From: Eledone cirrhosa
Taxonomy: Eukaryota
Reading direction: 5' to 3'
Assembly (NCBI GenBank): GCA_964016885.1
Contig: OZ024749.1
Coordinates: 41,354,001-41,418,000 of the forward strand
Length of the DNA stretch: 64,000 nucleotides
Shown: piece after piece, positions 51,771 to 64,000 of the stretch
Layout of the letters: every line of letters begins with the position of its first letter
Numbering within the stretch: the stretch's first letter is position 1
Position numbers and translations under genes: made by a program
Notes under the pieces: generated by a model
What the model was told of the DNA's origin: nothing
The model's database searches: none
The model's input: only the letters and a program-made list of their open reading frames with translations

Positions 51771-52418
51771 AATATATGTGTTTATCTTTGGCTTTCTTTC
51801 TCATACTTACATCATTGATTCTCTTACCTTCCTGTCGCTACCCCCTTTCTCTCCCCTCCCTGCCGCTACTCCCTTTCTCTCCCCTCCCTGCCGCTACCCT
51901 CTTTTTCTCCCCTCCATGCCCGCTACCCCCTTTCAACCCCCTTCTCTCCCCTCCCTATTCCTCAAGACAGGTCAATTTATTCAAATATTTATCTGCTAAC
52001 TTCACACCCTTAGACCTCTACACATTCTTCTCTTTCCTTTCCCTTCATCCTCCCACTCTCTCTTTCCTATTCTCTATCTGCCTCTCTTTCTCTTCTCTTC
52101 ACCTCACTATCTTTCCTATTCTCTTTCTCTCTCTCCCTCATATTCTCTCTCTGTCTTGTTCTACAAAAATGTCAGTGAAAGAGGTATAACATGTCTACCT
52201 TATTCAGGTATTCCCAGTTCTATGTAAAGTGGACCAAACACAAAACCAAATAATACCCACGTACGTAAGATTTCACACACCCCAAAACCTTGACATTCAA
52301 ACAAACTCAATTGTACAGTAAAATCTAGAATACAACGAAAGTGATAAGAGTCGACTCTGTATCAACAATTGTGGTAGTAATAAAAATATTATAGAATACA
52401 GGTCGTTGTGCCAAAATT

Positions 52419-52610
52419 TAACCCTTCCGTTATCACATTTCAAATGAAAGACACCACCTATATCTTTAACCTTTTCGTTACCAAATTTTAGATGAAAGAC
52501 ACTGTCTATGTCTTTAACCCTTTCGTTACCATACTTCGAATGAAAGACAGTCTATGTCATTAACACTTTTATGACCATATTTCTAATGAAAGACACTGTC
52601 TATGTCTTTA
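52419..52610. repeat. About four tandem 47-50 bp copies of a piggyBac-like MITE terminus
   Basis: TTAACCCTTTCGTTACCA...ATGAAAGACACTGTCTATGTC-like units. Confidence 0.75.
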
Positions 52611-52648
52611 TATATATTGTGTAAAATGCATAGCAAGCTGACGTATAC

Positions 52649-52730
52649 CTTCCTTGGTACTCAGTTTCCTGAAGCGTGTTAATTTTGCCTCGTTCATCAG
52701 CCATAAAGTCACCGCTGATATATACCACAT
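52649..52730 (-). CDS. Candidate isolated exon
   Basis: gtcttcacag| ... AAG|gtatac; (D)VVYISGDFMADERGKINTLQETEYQG; neighbouring exons not identified. Confidence 0.3.
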
Positions 52731-53188
52731 CTGTGAAGACTGTCAACTACAGTTTGAAACTTGAGATGAAGAATTATTGTTTACTTTGATCAGCTGAAAT
52801 ACTGGGTGACCTGGTTGGTGACCTATGTCCGTAATAGCGGAGCTGTGATCTCTCGATTCTAAGAAATAGCTGCTGTACCTGGAGCAACTCTCCGATCAAG
52901 TAACGTTACTCCAAAGACCTCAACAAAAATAACATATATAGTATTGATATTAGCTAGTAATTAAAACTGTACTGCGTTGGTGTTATTGTTATTATTATTG
53001 TTGGTTGAGGTGGGTGGTGTTATTTGTGGTTGGTGACGTTGGTCTAGGTGGTAGGTGTAGACGCGGTGGTGTGAACGGAAATGAGGATACGGTGATTGTG
53101 TGAATCACTTCAAACCAGTCAAATCAGACAGGCAGTCAGCCAGACGGCCATACAACTTTCATTGGAAGTCATTCATTGTTAACCCTGC

Positions 53189-53360
53189 GTTAACCTCGGC
53201 GGGATTTGAACTCAGACCATAAAGAGTTACGGCCCTTTACAGCCTGAGTTCAAATCCCGCCGAGGTTAACTTTGCCTTTCATCCTTACGGGGTCGATAAA
53301 ATAAAGTACCAGTAATACACTGAAATAATTGCTGGCCTTGTGCCAAAAAGAAGAAAATGA
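53189..53360 (+). mobile_element. 5'-inverted SINE family A copy
   Basis: 53189-53224 is the reverse complement of the SINE's own B-box region at about 53234-53270. Confidence 0.8.
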
Positions 53361-54171
53361 TTAAAACTGCGTAGTAAGAGAACATGTGAATCCCTCGGCA
53401 CAAACACCATCAACATGAACAACAACAATAACACTAACATCACCATTACCATAACCATCACCACCACCATCACTACCTCCACCATTACTGCCCCCACCGC
53501 TACCACCATCACTATCACCGCCAATATCATCAACACCGCCGCTAACACTACACACAACCACACCCAAGCCCAGCCGCTGGTTACATCACCAGCATCGCCA
53601 CCACCTACATACGTCTAGGTAAGATGTCGGTGTGAGCAAGTAAAATATGTTGTTTACAGTTGTGATAGTGGTGATGGGTGGGAAAGAGAGAGAAGGAGAG
53701 CGAGAGTTACGTATCCGGGTAGCCGAATATGATTATATACACTAGTATGTTTGTGTCTTTGTCATTGTGTGTTGGTGTATGTATTAGTGTTTGTTTGTGT
53801 GTGTTGGTATGTGTAAGCATGACTATTTAATACAACCTACGTGTTGAGGTATACAGATCCGATTCGATTGTATACACTGTATTAAAAAATATTCAAATAG
53901 TATTTATGTGCATCTTTCTTTTTATAATTAGCATAATTAACAAAGAGAAGATAACGAATGAAAACAAGCAAAACAAAAAAAAATATATATTTTTAAAAGG
54001 AAAACATTTTTTGTTAAGATAAACTAAAGACACAGAACTCCAACGTGTCCAACTGTTGAGATGGACTTTGGCAGTTTCGACCCCTACCAACGGTATTGCA
54101 GGTCCACCCGGGGTGACAAACAAAACAAATCTCTGTCCGTGGAGTAGAAGACAAGATAAAACACACACACA

Positions 54172-54218
<47 letters not shown>

Positions 54219-54340
54219 GGACGGACGGAGTTACGACCGATAGATAGTATTAGCAATTGGAAAGACCAACGGAAACATTGTTTCCTCGGTCCGATTTGAC
54301 GAAAGTCGATTGTTCCTTTTATATATATATATATATATAT

Positions 54341-54545
54341 GCAAAAGTTCTATTTAAAATTGTTGGGATACAACAAGCAAATATTTTTATAACTGATATA
54401 AAGCACTCGACAAGTATTTGGAGTAAATATACGATATTAACAAATGGAAACTATATTTATAAAACCATATCTATTTTATTATACATATTTCAAGGATACC
54501 ATGTTATGGTTTTATAAATATAGTTTCCATTTGTTAATATCGTAT
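54341..54545. mobile_element. Family H-A element, inverted and truncated inside stem II
   Basis: Minus-strand 3' part through GAAA to ...GGTATCCTT, followed by a + strand piece ATGGTTTTATAAATATAGTTTCCATTT; (TA)n flanks. Confidence 0.7.
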
Positions 54546-54879
54546 ATATATATATATATATATATCACAGTCATTTGATTACAGTCATGTCGGAACACAA
54601 ATCTTAAAGAGTATGTTAGATGATTGACAACTAACAAAATTGTCACGAAAGACTGATGTCATAGCCATTGGATGAATATTGAAATGTTTGAGAGTTTGAC
54701 AAAATGGCTTGTGTCTTGTGCCTTCTGGTAATCAGTTCAGCTCTTTGTGTTCTGAGTTCAAATCTTACCCGGCTCGTGTATACTTTACACCTCTTTGGAG
54801 GTGGATAAGTTCTTAATTATAATATCAATCAAATACCGAGTTAATCCTTCTTACATAATTTTATTGATTACTTCATTAG

Positions 54880-54940
54880 AGTTATATATATATATTTCAG
54901 TGATATTTATTTGTAATACACACGACCTCATCAGACAGCT
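54880..54940 (-). ncRNA. Degenerate hammerhead-like motif
   Basis: Minus strand AGCTGT-CTGATGA-GGT..ACT-GAAA-TATATATA; stem I is imperfect. Confidence 0.45.
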
Positions 54941-54984
54941 ATTGTGTAAACTTTTATTCAATTAACAACCGATTAAATATATAT

Positions 54985-55252
54985 ATAACCCTAAGCCTAA
55001 TCCTAACGCTAACCCTAATAACCCTAACTCTGACACTAAATCTAATAACCCTAACCCTAATAACCCTAACCTTAATCCTAACCCTACACCTAAACATAAC
55101 TTTAATCCTAATAACCCTAACCCTAACTTTAACCCTAGCCCTAATCCTAATAACCCTAACCCTAACCCTAATCCGAACCCTAACCCTAACCTTATCCCTA
55201 AACCTAACCATAGCCTTAACCCTAACCCTATCCCTAATAACCCTAACCCTAC
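54985..55252. repeat. Degenerate interstitial telomere-like (CCCTAA)n tract
   Basis: Many CCCTAA/CCTAAT/CCTAAC units (TTAGGG on the minus strand). Confidence 0.8.
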
Positions 55253-55307
55253 ATACCTCAACCTACGTAGATAATTGGTTCCAGAAGTTAAGAATTAAGT
55301 AAAAAAT

Positions 55308-55339
<32 letters not shown>

Positions 55340-56403
55340 CGTGCGTATATATCTATATCTATATATTGTGTGTGTGTCTATTTACCCCAGTCAAGATATA
55401 CAATGATGATATTGCAAGTCAGTGGTGGCATCCGTCTCGTTTCGTCGCATCATTTGCTTATGTATATATCTATTTGGTTATAGTGATGTCAGCAAATAAA
55501 TCCTTCTTCCCCTCAACACCCCGGCACTAGAGAGAATGACACTAACAGAGAAGAAAATGTGAGAAAAATCGACTTTTTTCACATAAAAAATGAAGCTCGT
55601 TTCCTTCCGTTTTCACATTTTCAATAAGAATGACTCAGTTATCATATTTCTCTTTCTTTCTCTTCTCTCTTTTTAATCTCTTTCTCTGTCTTTCTTTCTT
55701 CCAACCCATCTGTCATTTCTTTCTACGCCATACTCTCTCTCTCTGCTTATCTGTCTTTCTTTTAGCATGTTTGTATCTCTCTTTCAGTCCATCTCTCTCC
55801 CTAATTACTACTATCGGGTCGGAGTTTGACCACCAGCAGGAGTGAATCGCGCGAGCTGAAATAGTTTATTTCAACGTGTCTCCCTCGTTATCCTCCGGAG
55901 TAACATTTTGCCCGTTGGGGCAACCCCAATGGTAAGCAATTGGGGTTGTGCACGCCAGAGGACGTTCTTTCCCACCAGCCGTTACACACAGACACAACAT
56001 ATCCAACAGAAAACGAGAGAGTAAAGAAGGTTTGAGAGATATACAAGCTGAAACCGCAGGGATCTCGATCGGACCTCTATCTCAATAATATACCGTTTCA
56101 CCATGCATTAAGTACTACAATGATTTGTGGTTTTCTCGGTTTTTGTACACCACAGACAGCCCCTCGCCTCTCTCTCTCTATCTATCTATATATATACACA
56201 CACACCCACTACATATATTTCATCCTTTAATCCTCAACAACGCCTGAACGTCACTTTTCCTCCCTCCCTTTTTTAGCATTTCCTCTTTGACACTTCCGTT
56301 AGTCTATCATCTCTCTCTCTCTCTCTCAATCCTCTCTCTATCTCTCATCATTTCCTTATGATTTCTCTTCTCCTCTTCCTTCTCTCTCACACACTATATC
56401 ATT

Positions 56404-56445
<42 letters not shown>

Positions 56446-57466
56446 TCCCCTCTCCCCCTCTCTGTATCTATCTTATCAACTTTCACATACTTATAGCTAC
56501 CGTTCTGCTGATTATCTTTCTACCCCTCTTTTACTTACTTTTCTTTTATCTTGTTTATTTCATTCAAATCTTTCCTTCTCTCTTTTTTATCATTCTTTTT
56601 CATCTGTTCTGTTCACTTCTCATTTACTCTCCCCAACTTTGCTACTTCGCTACATCTCATCCGTCTACCCATTCTCTAATTGTCTATCATTTAAACATAA
56701 ACACATTTTACCTTTAAAAAAAATCCCACTCGTTCAGTTTTTCAGTCTCTCAATACTTACCTCTCTCTCACTTACACTTCACCTACTCTTTCTTGTACAT
56801 TTATTCTTTCTCTTTCTCTCTCTCAGTCACTCATAGTCACTCGACGCTACTCTCACGCTCCCCTATATTGGTTTCTGATTTAGGCACAAGGCCAACAATT
56901 TTGGGGAGGGGAAAGTTACTAAATCGACCGCAGTGCATTACGGATTCTCTCACTCACAGACATTTTATTCCCCTCTCACTCGTTAACTTACTCACTCCCT
57001 CACTGAATCTTTTCTTTCTTTCTCTCTCTCTCTCTCCCTCTCTGCCTCTCGCATATGCACTCTCTGTCTCTCCGTCAACTTACTCCTTCCCTCAATGAAT
57101 CTTTTCTCTGTATCCCTCTCCCCTCTCTCTCTGTCTCTCGTACATTTACACAATCTTCTTTTCAGTTACTCTATCAAAATAGTCTTTCACAAACCTGCTT
57201 TTTCCAAAAAACGTCAGCCGACATTACTAACCTGAGTCATAAGCACTTTATAGTATTTTTTCTTTCGTCTACTGAGATGGCCATCGTCTGCCTCTCCTTT
57301 CTATTGCTGCCGTTCGCATGCAAGCTGCTCTTCTTTGAGAAGGCTGCATCTTTTTTTTTTTTTTTTTGCTTTAAAAACAGCTGCTGACATTGTGGCTGTT
57401 GTTGTAGTGGTAGAGTCTACATCTGGAGCAGCCGGCATTACTGCGACTTACCACCCTTCTATCATA

Positions 57467-58002
57467 AAGCCGCCTCCCCCCTTCAAAGATGAAGCAGAGG
57501 CGGTGTTTCTGTGCGTAATAGCCATGGCGAAAGAGGTTGTATGGTGGACGCGTCTGAAAGGACTGAGGTCAGGCACCTTTCTCTCTGGCCAACAACTGGT
57601 CCGTTTCTTCCGATATCATTTCGGAAGAAGGATCAGGATGGAGAGAGAGGTGCTGCACCCCAGTCGTTTTTATGAAAGGTGGGTGAAAGTGGCGAGAATG
57701 GCCCGTGTGAATGGGCCTTCTCTTTACATAAGCCTGTAGGTGGAAAAGAGGAAGGAACGAGGGAGCACCCCCTCTCTGTGCTCCTGAGGAAAAGGGTTGC
57801 ACACTTTTTTCGGGGGTGTGTGCGACCCCCCAAGGCGCCTCCTCTCTATTGAGGATTTTGTTAAAAATTTTATTTTTGTTATATCTTATTTTATTTTTAT
57901 ATTTTGTTATTGCCTCCTCCTTATTGAGGACGCCTTTTTGTGTAAACTCCCCCCTTTGTACTTGTCCCACTTTTGATGCCCTAGTGGCAAATAAAAGAAA
58001 CT
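57467..58002 (+). mobile_element. 5'-truncated Tx1-type LINE 3' end
   Basis: KPPPPFKDEAEAVFLCVIAMAKEVVWWTRLKG... is near-identical to the 40-kb copy; 7-bp TSD TATCATA (57460-66 and 58003-09). Confidence 0.9.
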
Positions 58003-58220
58003 TATCATATATTCTAAGACTGCTCTTATGGCTGCTGTGCTGCTGCCATTGTTACTGTCTATGTCTGTTGTTGCTGACGTTGCTGCTGCTGCTGCTCTGT
58101 CTGAGATTATCTTATCGGAGCTTTTGTATAATTTCAGTTTCTTCCTTTCTCATTCATTCTCATTCATTCACTCAATTGTCATCTGTCTATCTATCTGTCT
58201 GCCCCCCCCCCTCTCTATCT

Positions 58221-59482
58221 GTATATATATATATATATACATATATGTATATATATATACATATATATACATATATGTATATATACATATATATATATAT
58301 ACATATATATACATATATGTATATATACATATATATATATACATATATATACATATATGTATATATACATATATATACATATATATACATATATATACAT
58401 ATATGTATATTTATATATATATAAATATACATATATGTATATATATGTATATATGTATATATATGTATATATATGTATATATACATATATGTATATATAT
58501 GTATATATATATATGTATATATACATATATGTATATATATGTATATATATATATGTATATATACATATATGTATATATATGTATATATACATATATGTAT
58601 ATATATGTATATATGTATATATATGTATATATATATATGTATATATACATATATGTATATATATGTATATATATGTATGTATATATATGTATATATATGT
58701 ATATATACATATATGTATATATATGTATATATACATATATGTATATATATGTATATATACATATATGTATATATATGTATATATATATATGTATATATAT
58801 ATATGTATATATATATATGTATATATATATATGTATATATATATATGTATATATATATATATGTATATATATATATGTATATATATATATGTGTACATAT
58901 ATATATATGTATATATACATATATGTATATATATGTATATATATATATATGTATATATATGTATATATATGTATATATATATATGTATATATACATATAT
59001 GTATATATATGTATATATATATATGTATATATACATATATGTATATATATATATGTATATATACATATATATACATATATATGTATATATATATATGTAT
59101 ATATATGTATATATATATATGTATATATATGTATATATATGTATATATATGTATATATATATATGTATATATATGTATATATATATATGTATATATACAT
59201 ATATGTATATATATATATGTATATATACATATATGTATATATATATATGTATATATACATATATGTATATATATGTATATACATATATGTATATATATGT
59301 ATATATATATATATATACATATATGTATATATATGTATGTATATATATATATATATACATATATGTATATATATGTATATATATATATGTATATATACAT
59401 ATATGTATATATATATATGTATGTATATGTATATATATATATATAAATATATATATATAAATAAATATACATACATATATGT

Positions 59483-59529
<47 letters not shown>

Positions 59530-59643
59530 TACATACATATATGTATATATATGTATATATATATATATATAAATATATAAATAAATATATATATATATGT
59601 ATATATAAATATATATATATGTATATATAAATATATATATATG

Positions 59644-59682
<39 letters not shown>
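58221..59682. repeat. About 1.45-kb compound (TA)n/(TATG)/(TACA) microsatellite
   Basis: Read directly from the sequence. Confidence 0.95.
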
Positions 59683-59686
<4 letters not shown>

Positions 59687-59915
59687 AGATTCAGGACCCC
59701 GACGGCTGAGCTCCGGCCGTTTCGAGTACTCTAGTGGGTTATGGTCCACCTGGTATTTTACCACACGCTTTCTGATATATATAAGCAAAGAGATATTTAA
59801 TTTGTTGGTTATTCAACAAATTTATTTATAACAGATTCGAAGCACTCTACAGATTTTCTGGAGTATAATATTCAATGATATTAATAAATGGAAACTATAT
59901 TTATAAAACCATATT

Positions 59916-59976
59916 TATTTAATTATATATATTTCAAGGGTCCCAAAATTTTTGTGCGCCCTCATCAGATAAAATA
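59916..59976 (-). ncRNA. Type I hammerhead ribozyme (family H-A), left arm
   Basis: TCATCAG at 59962-68 and TTTC at 59932-35; reverse complement of 60084-60144 with a few changes. Confidence 0.7.
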
Positions 59977-60083
59977 CAAAATTTTTTTTGTTTTATAAAT
60001 GGTTCAGATTCAGTATCCAAACTGAACCTGAACCGATAAGGTCTGGTTTCTTGGATATATCAGCATTTATAAAACACATTTTG

Positions 60084-60144
60084 TATTTTATCTGATGAGG
60101 GCGCACCAAAATTTTGGTACCCTTGAAATATATATAATAAAATA
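60084..60144 (+). ncRNA. Type I hammerhead ribozyme (family H-A), right arm
   Basis: TATTTTAT-CTGATGA-GGG..ACCAAA/TTTGGT..CCCTT-GAAA-TATATA-TA-ATAAAATA. Confidence 0.8.
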
Positions 60145-60185
60145 AATATGGTTTTATAAATATAGTTTCCATTTATTAATATCAT

Positions 60186-60230
<45 letters not shown>

Positions 60231-60318
60231 TAAAATAACAGATTAAAGTTTAAGCAAAGAATCGCTGCTTTCACGTATCGAGCCCTCTTTGGATTTTAGT
60301 CTTCACATTTATTATTAT

Positions 60319-60377
<59 letters not shown>

Positions 60378-60832
60378 ACGATAGAAATGTGGTAAGGAAC
60401 CAGGTGGACCATAACGCACCAAAGTACTCAATACTTAGGGTAGTAGAGTGGGTAATAGGAACGAGTAGGACCCCGACGGCAGAGCTCAAGCCGTTTCGAC
60501 GGCTAATTCTAGACTCAGAATTAGCCGTCGAAACGGCTTGAGCTCTGCCGTCGGGGTCCTACTCGTTCCTATATATATATATATATAGAGAGAGAGAGAA
60601 AGAGAGAGATGTAACTCTTTATCTATCTGTTTGACTTCCTTTTATTCGACCAATATATGAATCACTCGTGTCCTCTTTACCTTTCACAATCAATCACAAT
60701 CCTTCTATCTCCCCCCCTTCTCTCTATTATCTATTGATCTGTATATTTATTCTGTCACGTTGCTATATACCCTGTTACTCATCGCTCTAGCCATCTGTCT
60801 GTGGCGGTGCTACCAAAGTCTCTATTATATGT

Positions 60833-60864
<32 letters not shown>

Positions 60865-61088
60865 CTCTACTACACCCTGGCTACGACATCACCACCCACC
60901 CCCTTCAACGCCACCACCTCCTGTTGAACTAACTTACAGATAGTATTCCAATATAGATAACTAATGGAATCAAATAGAGTCAAATATATAGAGCGATAAA
61001 GGTACAAACAGACAGTTATATATATATATATATATATATCACGATAAATTAACGGAGGCATAGGCCCTCGCTATTCCCTGTAAATAAT

Positions 61089-61229
61089 TGTTTCTATTTG
61101 AGGCACAAGGCCCGCAATTATCCAGTACATTACTGGTACTTTATTTTATCGACCTCGGCAGGATTTGAACTCAGATCGTAAAGGGACGTAACTATGCTGG
61201 AAAGCATATCCGACCCTCTACCGATACTG
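61089..61229 (-). mobile_element. SINE family A, internally deleted, with TSD
   Basis: 10-bp TSD tgtaaataat. Confidence 0.8.
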
Positions 61230-61436
61230 TGTAAATAATGTGCTCAAAGGAGAAGAGATCCTGAGCTCTTTAAAATACAATATGTTGAGAAGGTAACACA
61301 CCAGAGAGAGATATATAGTGCGTTATCAATAATACAGGGAAAAAAAACACCAGTGTATGGAATCTATAACCTGTGAAAAGCAGACTATAGACACGATAAT
61401 TAAAAATATAAATTAAAGCGTAAATAAATACCTCTA

Positions 61437-61474
<38 letters not shown>

Positions 61475-61668
61475 TATATATATATATATATATATATATG
61501 CATACGTACACATATATGTATCTGCTATGCTAGAGCGAGAAATAAAATTCTAATTTTATATATATATATAACACCACCAACAATAACTCTACCACTATAT
61601 CTCTCTTTGTGTGTGTGTGCGTGCGTGTATATATATATATATATATATATACACGCACGCACGCACGC

Positions 61669-61737
<69 letters not shown>

Positions 61738-61738
<1 letters not shown>

Positions 61739-62096
61739 TTCTTTATTAGCCACAAGGGCACAAAAGAAGGGGACAAATACAAATGGGGAGTTTACATACA
61801 GGTATATGAAAATAAAACTATTAATAAAATAACAAAAAAATATATAGATAGATATGTTTCTTTATTAGCCACAGGGGCACAAAAGAAAGGGACAAATACA
61901 AAGGGGGAAGTTTACATACAATAAAAACGTGTAAAATATTATCACAAATGCAATTTAAAAAATTAGTCGATTTTCCCCAATAGGGGGAGACAGTTCATAT
62001 GGGTAACACATACCCCCGGTAAAATGTGCAACCCTCATCTCCAGGAGTACGAAGAGTTTGTACTCCCTTCCTCTCCTCCTCCTTTTCCTCAACCTA
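61738..62096 (-). mobile_element. Two tandem Tx1-type LINE 3'UTR fragments (61738-61840 and 61855-62096)
   Basis: TTTCTTTATTAGCCACA..GGCACAAAAGAA termini as at 32958; flanked by (AG)n and (GATA)n. Confidence 0.8.
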
Positions 62097-63413
62097 GATA
62101 GATAGATAAGATAGACAGATAGATAGATAGTGGTGGTGATAGTGATGTTGTTGTGGTAGTGTTGTCGGTGATGTTATAGTTGTCGTGACACATACACGCA
62201 CACACATGTAGGGAAGTGGGGGGTGGTGGTGGTGTGTGTGTGGAGGTGTGTGTGTGTGTGTAAAGAGAAGTGAAAGTGAGTAACAACAAATATATGTGTC
62301 TTCAATGTCACTAGAACCTCACAACAGCTACAATGTCAAGTATTTAGCCACTGCGACAGTTTTAGTCACAGGTCCAGATGACCTCACAAAACATGGCTTC
62401 TCTTTTGATTTCATTTAGTTTTTTTATTTTATTTAGTTTATATTGATCTTTCTTTGTTTTTTTTTATTTATTTATTTATTTATTTATCTCTAATGAAGCT
62501 TCACTTGAAACAAAATAATATCCACTTGTTGTTGTTGCGGTTGCTGCTGTTATTAGTGCTTTTGTTGTTGTTGTTGTTGTTGGCGGTGTTGCTGCTGTTG
62601 CGACAAAAGAAGACAAACGTAGACTTTATAGGCTGCGGCAGCAACATCACCAACAGCAGCAACATAATCATCATCATCATCAGCAGCAATAATAACAACT
62701 GCAACAGTTAGGTCTCACTGAAAGATAAAAAGTTGGAGGAGAAATCGAACTTCCAACTTAATCCATCATATAACTCTTTTATGAATATAACTTAAAAAAA
62801 AAAATATATATATAATAATACAATATATGTATGTATATTCAATACCGAAGTAGAGTTTAAATATAGGACGGTAAATGTTAAAAATATGATGATAACAAAG
62901 ATGTTGGGATGTTACCTTGCAGTTCTTTGTAGGCCCTTATATATTTCGTTGTAAAATCCTTTCATCGAAAGATTAATAGAAGAAAGGATTTCGGACGTGT
63001 GCATCTTTTTTTTTTTTTTTGTCGTTCTTAAGCTACCATATTTTGGAATTTCAAAAATATATCTACACACAAAATGCTTCAAACAAATACCCTTTTATAT
63101 GTATGCGTATTTTCCAGTCTCCTTCTCAAGAAGGAAGATGAAAAAATCTTACTTCTTAATTTTAAATCTTTAATTTTTAGTTTTTAATTCTTATTAATTC
63201 TTTTTAATTGTAATACTCAACATTTGACAAGATGAATTTTACTAATACATCGAAACCGGTAATACTTTATATAGATTAGAAAACTCTTTTTTAAAAGAAT
63301 TGTCCCTCTCACTTTTTCAATCAAAGAAAGGAAATCAAAGAAAGGAAGAAAAAAAAAAAGAAAAACAAACCCTAAAATATATTTTCCGTGCTATTTCCAA
63401 TTTCACCCCTCTT

Positions 63414-63449
<36 letters not shown>

Positions 63450-63557
63450 CATATATTTATATATATATATATAATCATTAAAACACCCGAGAAACCTGTG
63501 ATACAAAACCTCATAGAAAGCTAGCTAAACCTACATAGGTGAGAGGGGTAAATTTCA

Positions 63558-63646
<89 letters not shown>

Positions 63647-64000
63647 ACCTTCATCTTATCTCAGTATGATTCATTGAATAGATACTTCTATCATGACGAA
63701 ACTTATCTATTAGAAACTTTTGATGGGTGTTGTCGTTACTGTTGTTATTGTTGTTATTATTATTGTCGCGTTTTCGGAGTTTGCTAAATGTTTGCGAAAT
63801 GACCTGGTCAGGTCACAGAAGAATCATTTGAACCATTCATAAAAACCAAACAATAACTTTACGTAAAGTTTGACACCAGGAAATGAATGATAAATGTAAT
63901 GTGAATTTAGTAACGCTGTAATGTTGTGTTGATATAGCTGTACTTACTATACGTGGTGTGTTAACATATCCATACTGATCTGTGCTGCAGTGGTACGTTG

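Noticed and set aside
52655-52703. Minus-strand TGG-CTGATGA...GAAAC-TGA-GTA-CCA hammerhead near-match
   Set aside because: The closing pairs of stem II fail, and there is no TA flank, inversion or downstream hairpin. The segment is better explained as a candidate exon.
58028-59788. Six ORFs of 350-530 aa (YI/YM/HI-rich)
   Set aside because: Translations of a stop-free (TA/TATG) microsatellite. The same applies to ORFs at 36393-36950 and 42324-42890 and to most short YIYI/VCVC/THTH ORFs.

Overview
AT-rich eukaryotic DNA dense in microsatellites and retroposons. The repeat repertoire looks like an octopus (cephalopod) genome; this is inferred from SINE/MITE motifs, not checked. Genes: (i) the last two coding exons of a + strand Ser/Arg/Gly/Pro-rich, probably RBMX/hnRNP-G-like gene (54-139 and 3665-4071); (ii) a multi-exon minus-strand gene of unknown function at about 25-32 kb whose internal exons the ORF track misses. 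Repeats: many tRNA-derived SINEs, RTE LINE relics, hAT and piggyBac-like MITEs, five 5'-truncated Tx1-type LINEs that end at TATC/(GATA)n sites, a 2.6 kb in-frame VNTR and a telomere-like tract. The main signal is a set of short non-coding elements, mostly beside (TA)n runs, that carry minimal type I hammerhead ribozymes (CUGANGA...GAAA...NUH). There are nine near-canonical copies from four sequence families, two degenerate ones, and a further family showing only the 3' half. Almost all are arranged as divergent inverted pairs or fold-backs, often broken at stem II, and most families share a downstream ACTC-loop-GAGT hairpin. This fits Penelope-like pLTR/retrozyme relics. Most long ORFs in the track are translations of simple repeats.
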